NCBI GenBank assembly: GCA_020635435.1
Contig: JACJZU010000002.1
Span: 136,771-200,770 of the forward strand
Source: Flavobacteriales bacterium
GTDB taxonomy: Bacteria; Bacteroidota; Bacteroidia; NS11-12g; UBA9320
Reading direction: 5' to 3'
DNA length: 64,000 nt
Part shown: piece by piece, positions 41,901 through 49,000 of the stretch
How the letters are laid out: the number at the start of each line of letters is the position of its first letter
Position numbering within the stretch: the first letter of the stretch is position 1
Program-made: the position numbers and the translations under genes
The notes under the pieces: generated by a model
Told to the model about the DNA's origin: nothing
Databases searched by the model: none
Seen by the model: only the letters and a program-made list of their open reading frames with translations

Positions 41901-43089
41901 ATATTTATCGAAAGACTTGATCGCGGATGCTTCGGATCTGTTGTTAGGCTCGGAAGGAGTAAGTATAAACCTCGGACAAAATTCTGAGATTTCGAGATCG
42001 ATGAATTACAACATAAGTGGTGTCCCGATGGGCAATTACTATGTCTTGGTAACCACAGACGTGCGCAACACTATCTACGAAAGCAACGATACGAACAATA
42101 CGGAAAATGCATTCAACCAGCTCTACGTCACCGTACCCTTGCTTAGCATAGGCACTGAATATTTGGATACGATGAGTGACAATGAGAAGATGTACTATCG
42201 CTTCATCGTACCCGATTCATTGAAAGGAGAATCATTGTTGATTACTTTAAAGGGTGATAGTGCGAATGGCAACAACGAAATGTACTTGCGATACATCGAT
42301 TTAGCCACAGCGGCCAATTTTGATCAGAAGCACCGTGATCCATTCCAAGGCAATCAAGAGATTATTTTGCCGGAGGCCGATACAGGAACCTATTATTTGC
42401 ATATTACCGGAAGTGTAGATCCCGGGAATAGCCAAAACCTCCGAATCTTAGTGGAAGTATTGCCATTCGAAATACGCAGGATAACACCAAATTCTGGTGG
42501 TAACGCAGGTGAGATCACAATCTTGGTTGAGGGATCTAAATTTGATTCGACCACCAAGTTCTATCTTGAAGTCCCAGGTAGAGTATTCATACCTGAGGAT
42601 ACTGGGGAAATCGTTACGACTGAAGGTTTGTTGACGAGTAGAGGTTTTGATCTTATCGACCCAACGAAGGCATATGTGACATACGACCTGAGTGGTTGGG
42701 ATACCGGTTATTATGACTTGGTGGCCTTGAAAGAAAAGGAGAATGACATTCTCGAAAAGGGATTCCTGATTGAAGAAGGCATCGGGGAGGATCTGCAAGT
42801 AAACATCATTAGGCCCGGGAACACGAGGTCGGGGGTTGTGATATCCATTACGGTTCAATTCACAAATAAGGGGAACAACGATTTAGTTGGCAGAGCGATC
42901 GAATTAGTAAGTACCCAGGGTGCTCCGATTTCACTTACTCCGGGAGGGATTTCTCAAGGTAATTCCACTCTACAGATAGTTGTAGAAGGGACAGAAGGCC
43001 CACCTGGGCGATTAGCGGCAGGAGCAAGCGGGTCTGTCGTTGTTTATGTGCAATCGAGTGCTGCTTTGGGAATAATGGTTAACAAATAG
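29950..43089 (+). CDS. Giant (4379 aa) secreted multidomain protein: 5 x (CARDB-like + parallel beta-helix) modules, FN3-like domain, 8 x CARDB-type domains, PPC-like and IPT/TIG-like domains; no T9SS sorting domain seen
   Basis: A single uninterrupted 13.1-kb ORF with signal peptide MRLKFLRSLQFFIFSLLLAGGLQVKAQ. Module ends are marked by PDIGA(I/D)E(F/Y/I) at about nt 32038, 33646, 35281, 36913 and 38527. CARDB-type domain starts are marked by P(P/Y/I)DL(I/V/K)(V/I/P). The domain names are my reading of sequence patterns, not HMM hits. Confidence 0.85.
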   Translation: MRLKFLRSLQFFIFSLLLAGGLQVKAQTSTLVFDYDFSSCTACGDSVITTSNIRDSFVDATASNKFVSFLQVRAYLFTCTTDSVELYLNGVKMQSSYTVSKCFCGGCDSLAWNILGNNLQGVYNYGGKNIIEIRLKSTSTMWFDRFKVIRTLSDRYNYDAGVTRLDTPMLRSCAGTTPIRVEIANFGRRSFSTVDVEWTWNGSSQTGVTYSSKLDSVSSSGIARALVTLGTKTLSPGKIDTLVAWTDGPGGQVDSAGHNDTLVALITVAFSDTITVGGTSPDFTSLSAAVSALHQYGICGPLVVSIRPGTYTEQLEIGTIPGADSINRVTFTSSTGDSSDVLINYSSSSSSMNYTIRLNYSSNIDFRHVTIEALGSSYSTVVNLNGELDNVGFYSCRFLAATVTTSSTSRALIYRSYAVYNENGQDLTFDRCVFAGGSYGAYLYNAYGNYFNRCQFTNNQFLSQYYTGLYIYYHRNTLVENNFFSYSGTTGAYGMRLYNSTNGLWVVNNRLIGGSPSYNIHINSHSGTMNQRGLVANNLLSTTAASNTSYYANVNLEYNSYLDFVHNNIQRSEDGTEPALQVYYGSNIRTYNNILKCSGNSPALTVYNGGSPNIAYSDHNCYRTMGVLLGSWDGSALSTLNDLQTASGMDSNSVDTDPNYVSLTDLKPYNVDLDAAGKGDPRVPLDFDGLPRDTTNPDIGAIEFDLVKNDAGIVEIKRFVAGSGCYEVVMRNFGKDTLKSVSIGWSLNGSSKTPVSWTGTLAKGDTTHLCLDTTTFSTTQAYNLKVWTSSPNSSTDSFPLNDTSSARYFAALSGDYTLGGGSSDFVNFDSALAALERGGVIDSARFLVQSGTYTSQLVFGSIYGADHEGAVIFQGAAADSTAAVLQFGSTSSSTNYVVKLDMARGITFRHMTLHNTSAGSYKQVVQTNNSVLDITFDHCVLTNNDTTSTSSSVELVEGYAPNMRNLKFIGNVFRNGSTGLYLEGGYNSYASEVVIHGNTFVNQNRRGLILYYQDGISVRNNTILGMRNSMTYGLEFYDWRGPSSLIGNQVYITGTNLYSGIYGSYYYDASDTMVVANNFVSVQSSQSCNGMQLYDLNPGLVAYNNVWNRSTDSSSSGSAIFFSYGDFYVYNNNMVHTANGYAYYLSSEYRFKSNFNNLFSNKSNPVYYDGVNYSSIAAYQSGENKDTNSVAVNPQYTSTSDLHVSSVLLNKKGKPLNLVNVDIDGEQRDSMNPDIGADEFSPPAKDASVIAFASPGSVLIADTLPYTVVVQNFGLDTINEVSAAGRISTSHSTTNFSVTKSTKTLAPGDTTHIRLGTYVFHQDSSYSLTAWSSSPGGVSDQKPSNDTLSQEDIYPAMAGIYTIGGSSPDFSSIRAAVAALKRAGISDTVTFRIRSGTYNERVDLSRFRGTFGRNSIIFESESGDSSTVTIQHTATQSDSNWVVYFRGTEHVTFRKLTIRSSSTGSYARVIQIDNNCKDISIHNCFIEGRNVSSTSQNYSLIYSGNNADEGIWILNNRLRNGSYGVYLYEYPSSSPYTQTLGIRIENNDINCYRYGIYVYYADSLRITGNKITSDNYSSFYGIYIEDADSSLNVSNNTIVLNRGYMGIYIYYGGLNATSLQPINNNFISMLDPTNSGIYGIYSYNGGSLDISYNSIFIANTNSNYGIANYYGSNCRILNNNIEAGSGRALYYYYGSQSSDYNNLHSSGPYLGYKDGTDYADLSAWESGTMLDSNSISVMPQFKSNTDLHMKDLRLNGKAKPLAEVLTDIDGEMRDSITPDIGADEYIPPKLDAGIIDVITPKMPFLADTQQVVVVLGNFGSDTLKTANITWQLNDSTYPVYSWSGSLALGDTAWVKLGSHVFDLDSGYSFKSWTSNPNSGTDALAENDTAELKDQYPALSGIYTVGGGSPDFNTLGDVLTALSRGGVYDSARFDIRSGTYLEQLEFKRYIGANKKHAIIFQSELKDSSKVFLSASSTSSSKNYSVLLDSASGITFRHLTLTTPGITYSNVVRIYGGSTDICFEKCHITGSNTSSTSADRALVYIYAATRNAKIQNVEFRNSNFNFGAYGIYGTGYHLSGQRSEDIRFTNNNFSDQYYYSLYLYYVDRPVIEMNRFEGRASMSSSGTGIYIYYCDKYRVTSNSIKMIPYMGIRAEYSYGSVGDSTLLANNMVSMNGTGTSYGLYLYGASYAYILNNNVRLVSTSTSSYVLYLNGSPYYAYNNNFTHFGNGYAAYYSSYSSSSRIDHNNYFTNGSNIIYRGSTYTSFANYQSSTGLDGNGLNIDPDYVSATDLHTREANLDRAGKAFPHLVPFDFDGEVRDSVTPDIGADEISIPSANDAGIVASTGPIAPFASGSNAVYAVIRNFGSDSLKSATIHWSVNGGTATTYSWTGGLKTYEFDTVNLGNFSFSSGTHYSIRFWTSSPNGVADTINYNDTFDRYNMIPGLIGTYTVGGSAPDFATIADAVTALKNAGTLGNVIFSIRAGTYNETITLEPYSTTSPTSRVTFQSSTGNASDVIWRPKNYGDGKIVYINGADRLRFRNITFRPQAGYTTYIVEMNNSSSNVEFRNNVFDMNSYTYYGTHYGIRSSSDNDDSLVVSNNTFKNGYMGVYLYGINSSNPEKFTRIDSNTFTSQYSYAIAAYYQNGIRIRSNQISSSVTGVEPIYLYYSSGSCELAYNKISRTYNGSSGVDILYHQGGVSMPFLVHNNFITINAGGGTYTAFYTSNSSYLNLYFNSIHVYNGGSSSTPFAAYNTSSLDIRNNIFANSGNGYSFYMSNSTLSQSNYNNFYTAGTTLAGLGATYYTSLSSFRSATGKDAQSLSVDPYFFSDTDLHTGISSLDSAGTPITGITDDIDRESRNTTKPDIGADEFNSLPRNLGVQNVLVPLDGCDMDTIQVKVTLFNYGSQAQVNFPIRYQLNGGLIDSFIVTDTIKRGASLVAEFDSMEILSTGMQYNLKVWTDLNNEQFRANDTVAMVFNNYQKPDSVKSMVPANGTVNVSFPLSLSWLPSTGATHYDIYLWDSTGSKPGSPNFSNLTQISYQINSGLTYGATYYWQIVAKNSVCATEGVIQKFKMKYLPDLVVTSVVTPSSAFSSTNITINWTVKNQGLGNSGGTWFDRLYLSDDALYGSDIFLGGFVNPSAPNAGGTYSQTATVTLPNGISGSYRVFVLTDVYGNLTEGNENNNIARDSGTAMNVSLTPPPDLIVNSVIAPTNGFSGQPVYITYTVKNDGTGPTRSGLWYDRIYITSDSTLNSSLTLLKTIQHVGNLLVDSTYFNASVPIILPNNIKGKRFIIVHTDQTNQEYEYASEGNNTNYDSMEVILTPPPDLVVRDVVVPTSASNREYITVNFHTMNDGGTSTGKAYYDAFYLSQSPVLNTSTAYNLGSIRQPTTGPGDTATNRSVTLRIPSNINGKYYLFVVTDANGYIEELSGESNNVSKGDSIIINSPDLVVRHVDVDARDTSGHLTRIEYWVKNLGPGADLGTTRSDSFYIHTGNTWSSSARRLSRYTYTTTIQPGDSHFVSTTVRIPDGTEGKRYFFVSTDAQLAIFENGKDNNNRGVSDSMTVDLAPYPDLIPRLDTFPDSTEAGNLIKLQYNVRNDGDTTAMPLWRDAVYLSQDSVWSSNDLLLGPFIQNSQLLKGASYDVTLYPTLPSSLTMGTYYFIVRTDYQDNVYEHGSDNQNNIFVSKGIFIDGYPPIDLVVSCPDVADTMWSGLTYVVNYTVTNNGQASTAVGFWTDYVYLSTDSVYSSNDEKIGGYIRSGNLAKGASYSVSLPVKIPNGRSGNFYLIVRTDTANRNVDVDLSSNSKAACKAGAAHRKVLRLTPPPDLKITSWTVPGTGTSGQNINIKYTVKNDGSGPTTAGAWVDKIYLSTDYTLDNSDYSLGSHTHAGDLTAGGSYSVDKDFLIPLDKTGNFIVIIKTDVANVVYEHTQEGNNTAASISTFSQPPPADLIVSQVLAPSTVLSGGTINVQWKVKNQGTNPAQGYIYDNVYLSKDLIADASDLLLGSEGVSINLGQNSEISRSMNYNISGVPMGNYYVLVTTDVRNTIYESNDTNNTENAFNQLYVTVPLLSIGTEYLDTMSDNEKMYYRFIVPDSLKGESLLITLKGDSANGNNEMYLRYIDLATAANFDQKHRDPFQGNQEIILPEADTGTYYLHITGSVDPGNSQNLRILVEVLPFEIRRITPNSGGNAGEITILVEGSKFDSTTKFYLEVPGRVFIPEDTGEIVTTEGLLTSRGFDLIDPTKAYVTYDLSGWDTGYYDLVALKEKENDILEKGFLIEEGIGEDLQVNIIRPGNTRSGVVISITVQFTNKGNNDLVGRAIELVSTQGAPISLTPGGISQGNSTLQIVVEGTEGPPGRLAAGASGSVVVYVQSSAALGIMVNK
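30421..38560 (+). repeat. Five tandem ~1.6-kb (~540 aa) coding modules (Ig/CARDB-like domain + right-handed beta-helix + DIGA-E cap)
   Basis: The spacing between PDIGA motifs is 1608, 1635, 1632 and 1614 nt. Landmarks recur in each module (NDAGI..., Y(T/S)(L/V/I)GG(G/S)SPDF, GTY.E.(L/V), FRH(L/M/V)T(L/I)). Confidence 0.8.
39169..42135 (+). repeat. Eight tandem ~123-aa CARDB-type Ig-like domain repeats (coding)
   Basis: PDL-type domain starts lie near 39169, 39535, 39904, 40272, 40640, 41015, 41401 and 41768. The pattern Y(L/I)S.D..(L/W/Y) recurs within the repeats. Confidence 0.75.
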
Positions 43090-43097
43090 GAGAAGTC

Positions 43098-46000
43098 ATG
43101 AATAATCTGAGAAATACAATACGAACAATTCTGTTTTGCGCTCCGCTTTATTTCGGAATGACAGCCAGTTCGACGGCGCAAACAGATAGTGAAATCCGGG
43201 TATTGGAAATGGAATACAATAACTCGGGGATATTATATTATGTGAAACCACATAGTAGTTGGTCAAATACAAGTATAGAATCATTGCCGGCAATCTTGTC
43301 CAAGATTTATAAGGTGCCTGATGGTTGGGGTTTGCGTGAAGTTGAACGGCAAGTTGTGGAGTCGGGTACTGTGTTGAAGGTGAATCAAACCTACAAAGGT
43401 GTAGATGTGGACGGAGGGGATATCATTTTGCGCTATGGCAACGATGGTAAAATCAGCGATATTCTCGGTACACCGCGTCACATTAACATGGATCCTGTTC
43501 CGGATACAATTGGGGCTGCACGTGCGATCGATGTTGCGTTGACACATTTGGGTATCGATACGCTTGCCCTGGACGTAAATCCGGCTACCGGGGAACCATT
43601 TTATCCGGAGATCCGATTGTGTTATGCACCCTACAATTCAGATCTGCTTTCAGCTTTTGTACTCTGTTATGAAGTCGAGGTCTTGGTGTCTAGCCCAGCG
43701 CGTTACTTTTATTATATCGATGCGCGAAATGGGGAAGTGGCAAGCGTGCAGAATGCCTTGATGCATGATAAGATCAAAGGAACAAGTTGGTATTCGGGAT
43801 CGGTAGAATTTGAGGCGATCAAAAGAGGGAATTTCATAACCGGATATTATTACGAAAGCCATGATGCCGTTCGTAAAATCCGTTGTTTCGATCATGGATA
43901 TAATAAAGCTGTTATAGATGATGATTGGACTATGTGTAAACGTCCCGGCGGGCCGCTGCCTAAGCCAATTTTTTGGGATAATTCCACAGATTGGACGGCT
44001 ACAGATAAAAAAGGGGTTGTTGATGTTATGTGGGGGATTGGTAAGACTTATGATTACTTCAAAGAGAAGCATTACCGCAATTCATTTGACAACAGGGGTA
44101 CTTATATTGACAACCGCTTGTACTACGATGTACTGGAGAGACATTGGGATGCAGCTTGTCCAATTGATACCTTTAAGATAGACTCAACATACTGCAACGC
44201 TTATTGGAACGGCAAGCTGTTAACATATGGGAATGGAAATGGAGTTGCTGCCGGTGTTTACGGAAGTATAAATACCTGCGGTCATGAATTTTCCCACGGA
44301 GTTGTTGAATTTACTGCCGGGTTAAAATACCAGGGAGAGTCTGGTGCATTAAACGAGTCGTTTGCAGATATGTTCGGTACCGCTATCGAGTTTTATGCCA
44401 AGCAGTCGATTGGTTCTAATGGAAACTGGAAATATGGTGAAGAACATACTACTCCCGCAAATCCGAACGATTGTTTGCGTGATATGTCGGATCCACATGC
44501 AACGGGAGATCCGGACACGTATAAAGTAGATGCACGTTGGGTCAACACGGCCAACGTGAGTAAGGCAAATGATTATGGGGGTGTACATACCAACTCAGGC
44601 GTAGGCAATTACTGGTTTTACCTTTTGAGCGAGGGAAGTGGAGGTAAAAAGACGAATGAAGCCGGTGATGAATATGATTTCAGCGGTATTGGATTAACCA
44701 AGGCTGAGAAAATTGCTTATCGTGCATTGAGTGCTTATATGGGTAACTGGTCGGATTATGCGCAGGCGAGAAAGGCCACACTGCTCGCAGCAGAAGATTA
44801 TTACGGTAAGAAATCGAGTGAATACAAAGCCGTGTGTAATGCTTGGTATGCTGTAAATGTGGGCGAGAAATGCTGCGATACCATGGAGTTGTCGTTCACA
44901 ATCGAAGAGCCGACTTGTGCGGAGTCCGAGGATGGCAAGATCAACCTAACGGTTAAGAAAGCAAATGGTCCACTGATATATAGTTGGTTTAAGAACGACA
45001 CCAACTCAGTAGTTCTCTCAACGAGCCAAAATATCGCAGGCCTGAAAGCTGACCGTTACATTGTTATCGTGAAGGATACTGCGGCAAAATGTGAAATCGT
45101 TGGCGATACAACACTTGAAGGCAAAACTGTAGAAGTTACAGTAACCGGGGGAGGCAGTTATTCCGGACCCTGCGATCGTACCTTTGAGATCAGTCTTACA
45201 TCCTCTGCATCTGGAGGGGAGGCTCCTTATACGTATAATTGGGCTCCAAATGGGGTACTAAAACTAACCCTCGGCGGTAGTAGTAGTTCATTCAATAATT
45301 ATACAGCAGTGATAACCGATAAGAACGGTTGTAAGGGCAAGAAAACGACTTCCGTTCTCTATATCCCTATACGATGTTCTTATGACCCAAATGATATAAT
45401 TGGACCACCGGCTTATGGGGAGGAAGGTTGGGTTGCCAAGTCGGCTACACTACCTTACAAGATCCGATTTGAGAATGATCCCAAATTTGCCACGGGTCCG
45501 GCTCAACGAGTAGAGATAATCCACAAATTAGATTCTAACGTGAATCTCAACTCTTTCCGCCTGAGCGATTTTGGATTCTATACCTTCAATTTTCAGGTAC
45601 CTTCAAATAGCATCAATTATTCGAACCGATTGGATATCCGCGATTCCTTTGGTATCTATCTCGATGTTCGGGCAGGTGTGAATTCAAGTACCAGAGAGGC
45701 GTTTTGGATCTTTGAAAGTATTGATCCGAATACAGGTTTACCGCCTTTGGATGGTAGCAAGGGATTCCTTAGGGTAAACGATACCACGAATCATCAAGGT
45801 GAAGGTTATGTGAATTATACGATTCGTCCGGCATCGCATACCGTTACAGGTGATAGCATAAGGGCGATTGCCAATATCACATTCGACGACAATCCGGATA
45901 TCAATACGCCCAAAATCTTCAACCTGATTGATGCCGTTCCGCCTAGTAGCAAAATAGATAGTGTTGCTTCGGTTTTGGATAGCAATAATGTGGTGATGAC

Positions 46001-49000
46001 CATAACTGCAGCCGACGATCCCGGTGGATCGGGCTTAGCCACTTTTGATATATATTATTCCGAGAATGGAGGGGCATTTCAGTTGTACTTAACCGAAATT
46101 TCCGATACGTTCTTTGCATTTACCGGAAATTACGGATCGAGCTATCAGTTCTATTCCAGAGCAAGGGATAATGTGCGAAATCAGGAAGCGTCTCAGGCCA
46201 TAGGAGATGTTGAATTCAGCGTTGCTCCCGATCAATTCTTCAAGGATCTTCCCGCCAATCTGGAATTGTGTTCCGGTGATACGCTTGATCTTCGTTGGTA
46301 CACTTCCAACCTCACAAATGTTGATCTGGAATATTCCGCAGATTCAGGCCTTACTTATACTACCATGGCAACACACGTCGGTGTTGCGGATACACAGTAC
46401 TTATGGGTTATTCCGAATTCAATTAGCGGTTCAGGCTTCTATTTTATACGGGCAAAAAGTAGTTCGGGAACTGTTTTGGACACTTCAGACGTATTTAAGC
46501 TGAACGCCGGTCCGAGCCCAGAGTTGGGATCGGATACAGCTTTCTGTGATGGCAGTACATTCAGTATCACGTTGAGCCCGGGATCCGGATTCAGCAGTTA
46601 TTCCTGGAGTACCGGAAGCACGAATTCAACCCTTAGCATAAATAGTTTTGGTTCTTATGCTGTAACCGTTTCCAATGCCTACGGTTGTTTTGCCAGTGAC
46701 GAATTGCTTGTTGGTAAAAATTTGAAACCTGCGGTTATGTACAAGTACAAAACCGACCCGTCATGTTTTGGATATACCAATGGTGATGCGGAGGTAGTAG
46801 TTGTATCAGGAACAGCCCCTTATTTTTACTCCTGGTCACAGGGAGGGACTTCCTCTAGCATCAATTCTCTTGGAACCGGTAAGTACCAAGTAACTGTTAC
46901 CGACTCCAAAGGCTGTGAAACGGTTGACTCAATTGAAATAACCGCACCGGCCGTTCTATGGAATACGTTGGCGCTTACACACATAAAATGTTATGGAGGT
47001 GCTGATGGCAGTATCGACGTTGGAGTTAGTGGCGGTACTTCTCCTTATTCTTTTGTGTGGCAAACTAACGATACAACCGAGGATTTGTCAGGTCTACAAG
47101 GGGGAACATATTACCTCACTATAACCGATGCAATGAATTGTTTGCGACTCGATACTGCGATCATCAATGAACCTGATATTTTAAGTACGTCGATGTCCTT
47201 GACCCATGTAAACTGCTTCAATGAAGCAAATGGAGTTGCAAACCTCAGCGTATCTGGAGGGGTAAGCCCGTACACGTATTTATGGACTGGCGGTTCTACT
47301 TCACAGGACCTCAATAATATCGTTGCAGGAACTTATGTAGTACTGGTAACAGATTCCAATAATTGTACTATCCTGGACACCGCGGTTATTACCGAACCAA
47401 ATGAGCTGAAAGCAACGCTCACCTCCACAAATGCAAACTGTTTCGGTTCATCGGATGGCACTATCAGTGCCAGCGTTTCAGGAGGAACTAGTGGCTACAG
47501 TTACCTATGGAGCAATGGTATAACAACCAATAATCTTTCCGGTGTAGGTGCCGGTATTTACCACGTAACGATCACAGATTTGAAGAGCTGTAGCATTACT
47601 CGCTCAGCAACGATCACCCAACCCAATGCATTACAGGTTAATCTCACCTCTGTTAACGTAAAATGTTTTGGCGCAGCTTCGGGAAGTATAAGCAGTTCAG
47701 TAACCGGGGGAACAAGCCCATATTCCTATAAATGGAGTAATTCGGCAAGTACTGCCGCCCTCTCGGGATTGAGCGCCGGTGTATACACCGTTACAGTTAG
47801 CGATCAAAAGAACTGCTCTACTACAGCAAAAGTTACCATAACCCAACCTACGGCATTGGCTGTTGGAACGGTCGTGACTCATGTGCTGTGTAATGGAGCA
47901 GCAACCGGTTCCGTAGATCTGTCAATTAGTGGAGGTACCAGTCCTTACGCCTACAAGTGGAGCAATAGCGCTACCTCTCAGGATCTGTCTTCAGTTGCTG
48001 CCGGAATTTATAGTGTGACTGCAACGGACAACAATGCCTGTACGATCGTTACAAGCGCCGTGGTGAACCAGCCCACGGTACTTGCCCGAACGCTCACCCC
48101 GGTGCATGTCAAGTGCTTCGGTGGAAATGATGGAAGTATCGGCCTCAGCGTGAGTGGAGGTACTTCACCTTATCAGTTCAAGTGGAGCAACTCGGCTACG
48201 TCCAAGGATCTTACGGGATTAAGCGCAGCTACCTATGCCGTGACGATCTCGGATGCGAATAATTGTACGATCACCGGAAGTGCTGCGGTCAATCAACCCA
48301 CTGCTTTGAGCTCTTCTTCAACGAAATCAGATGTAAAATGTAATGGTGGAAACACCGGATCGATCGATGTGAGCGTGAGTGGTGGTACATCTCCATATTC
48401 CTACAAATGGAGTAACAACGCCACTACGCAGGATCTGAATAACCTGAGCGTTGGAACGTATACAGTTACCATCACGGATGCCAATTTATGTACCCGTACC
48501 GAATCAGCTACAATTGGTCAACCCACTGCCCTGAGTATCGGAACGTCGATCACACATGTTCTTTGTAACGGCTTTACAACCGGTGCTGTAGATCTGTCGG
48601 TTAGCGGTGGTGTACCGGGTTATACCTACAAATGGAGCAACGGTTCCAGCACCGAGGATCTCAGTGCCATTGCGGCCGGTAGTTATTCGGTCACCGCCAC
48701 CGATCAGAATGCCTGTACCGTGACCACTACAGCTGTGGTGAACCAACCCACTGCGCTCAGCCGAACACTGACACCGGTCGACGTGAAGTGTAACGGTGGC
48801 AATGACGGAAGTATAAGCCTCAGCGTAAGCGGCGGTGTTTCGCCATACCAATACAAGTGGAGCAATACGGCAACGACCAAAGACCTTTCCGGTCTTACAG
48901 CTGCCACCTATTCCGTTACCATTACCGATGCGAATAATTGCAGCATTACAGGAAGCGCCTCGGTTGGGCAACCTACCATCTTATCGTCCGGTTTTACAAA

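Noticed and set aside
43087-43100. The two giant ORFs as a single gene split by a frameshift or sequencing error
   Set aside because: The downstream ORF is in a different frame and begins with its own good signal peptide and an M4 propeptide. It is preceded by an SD-like AGGAG. Long-read confirmation would still be worthwhile.
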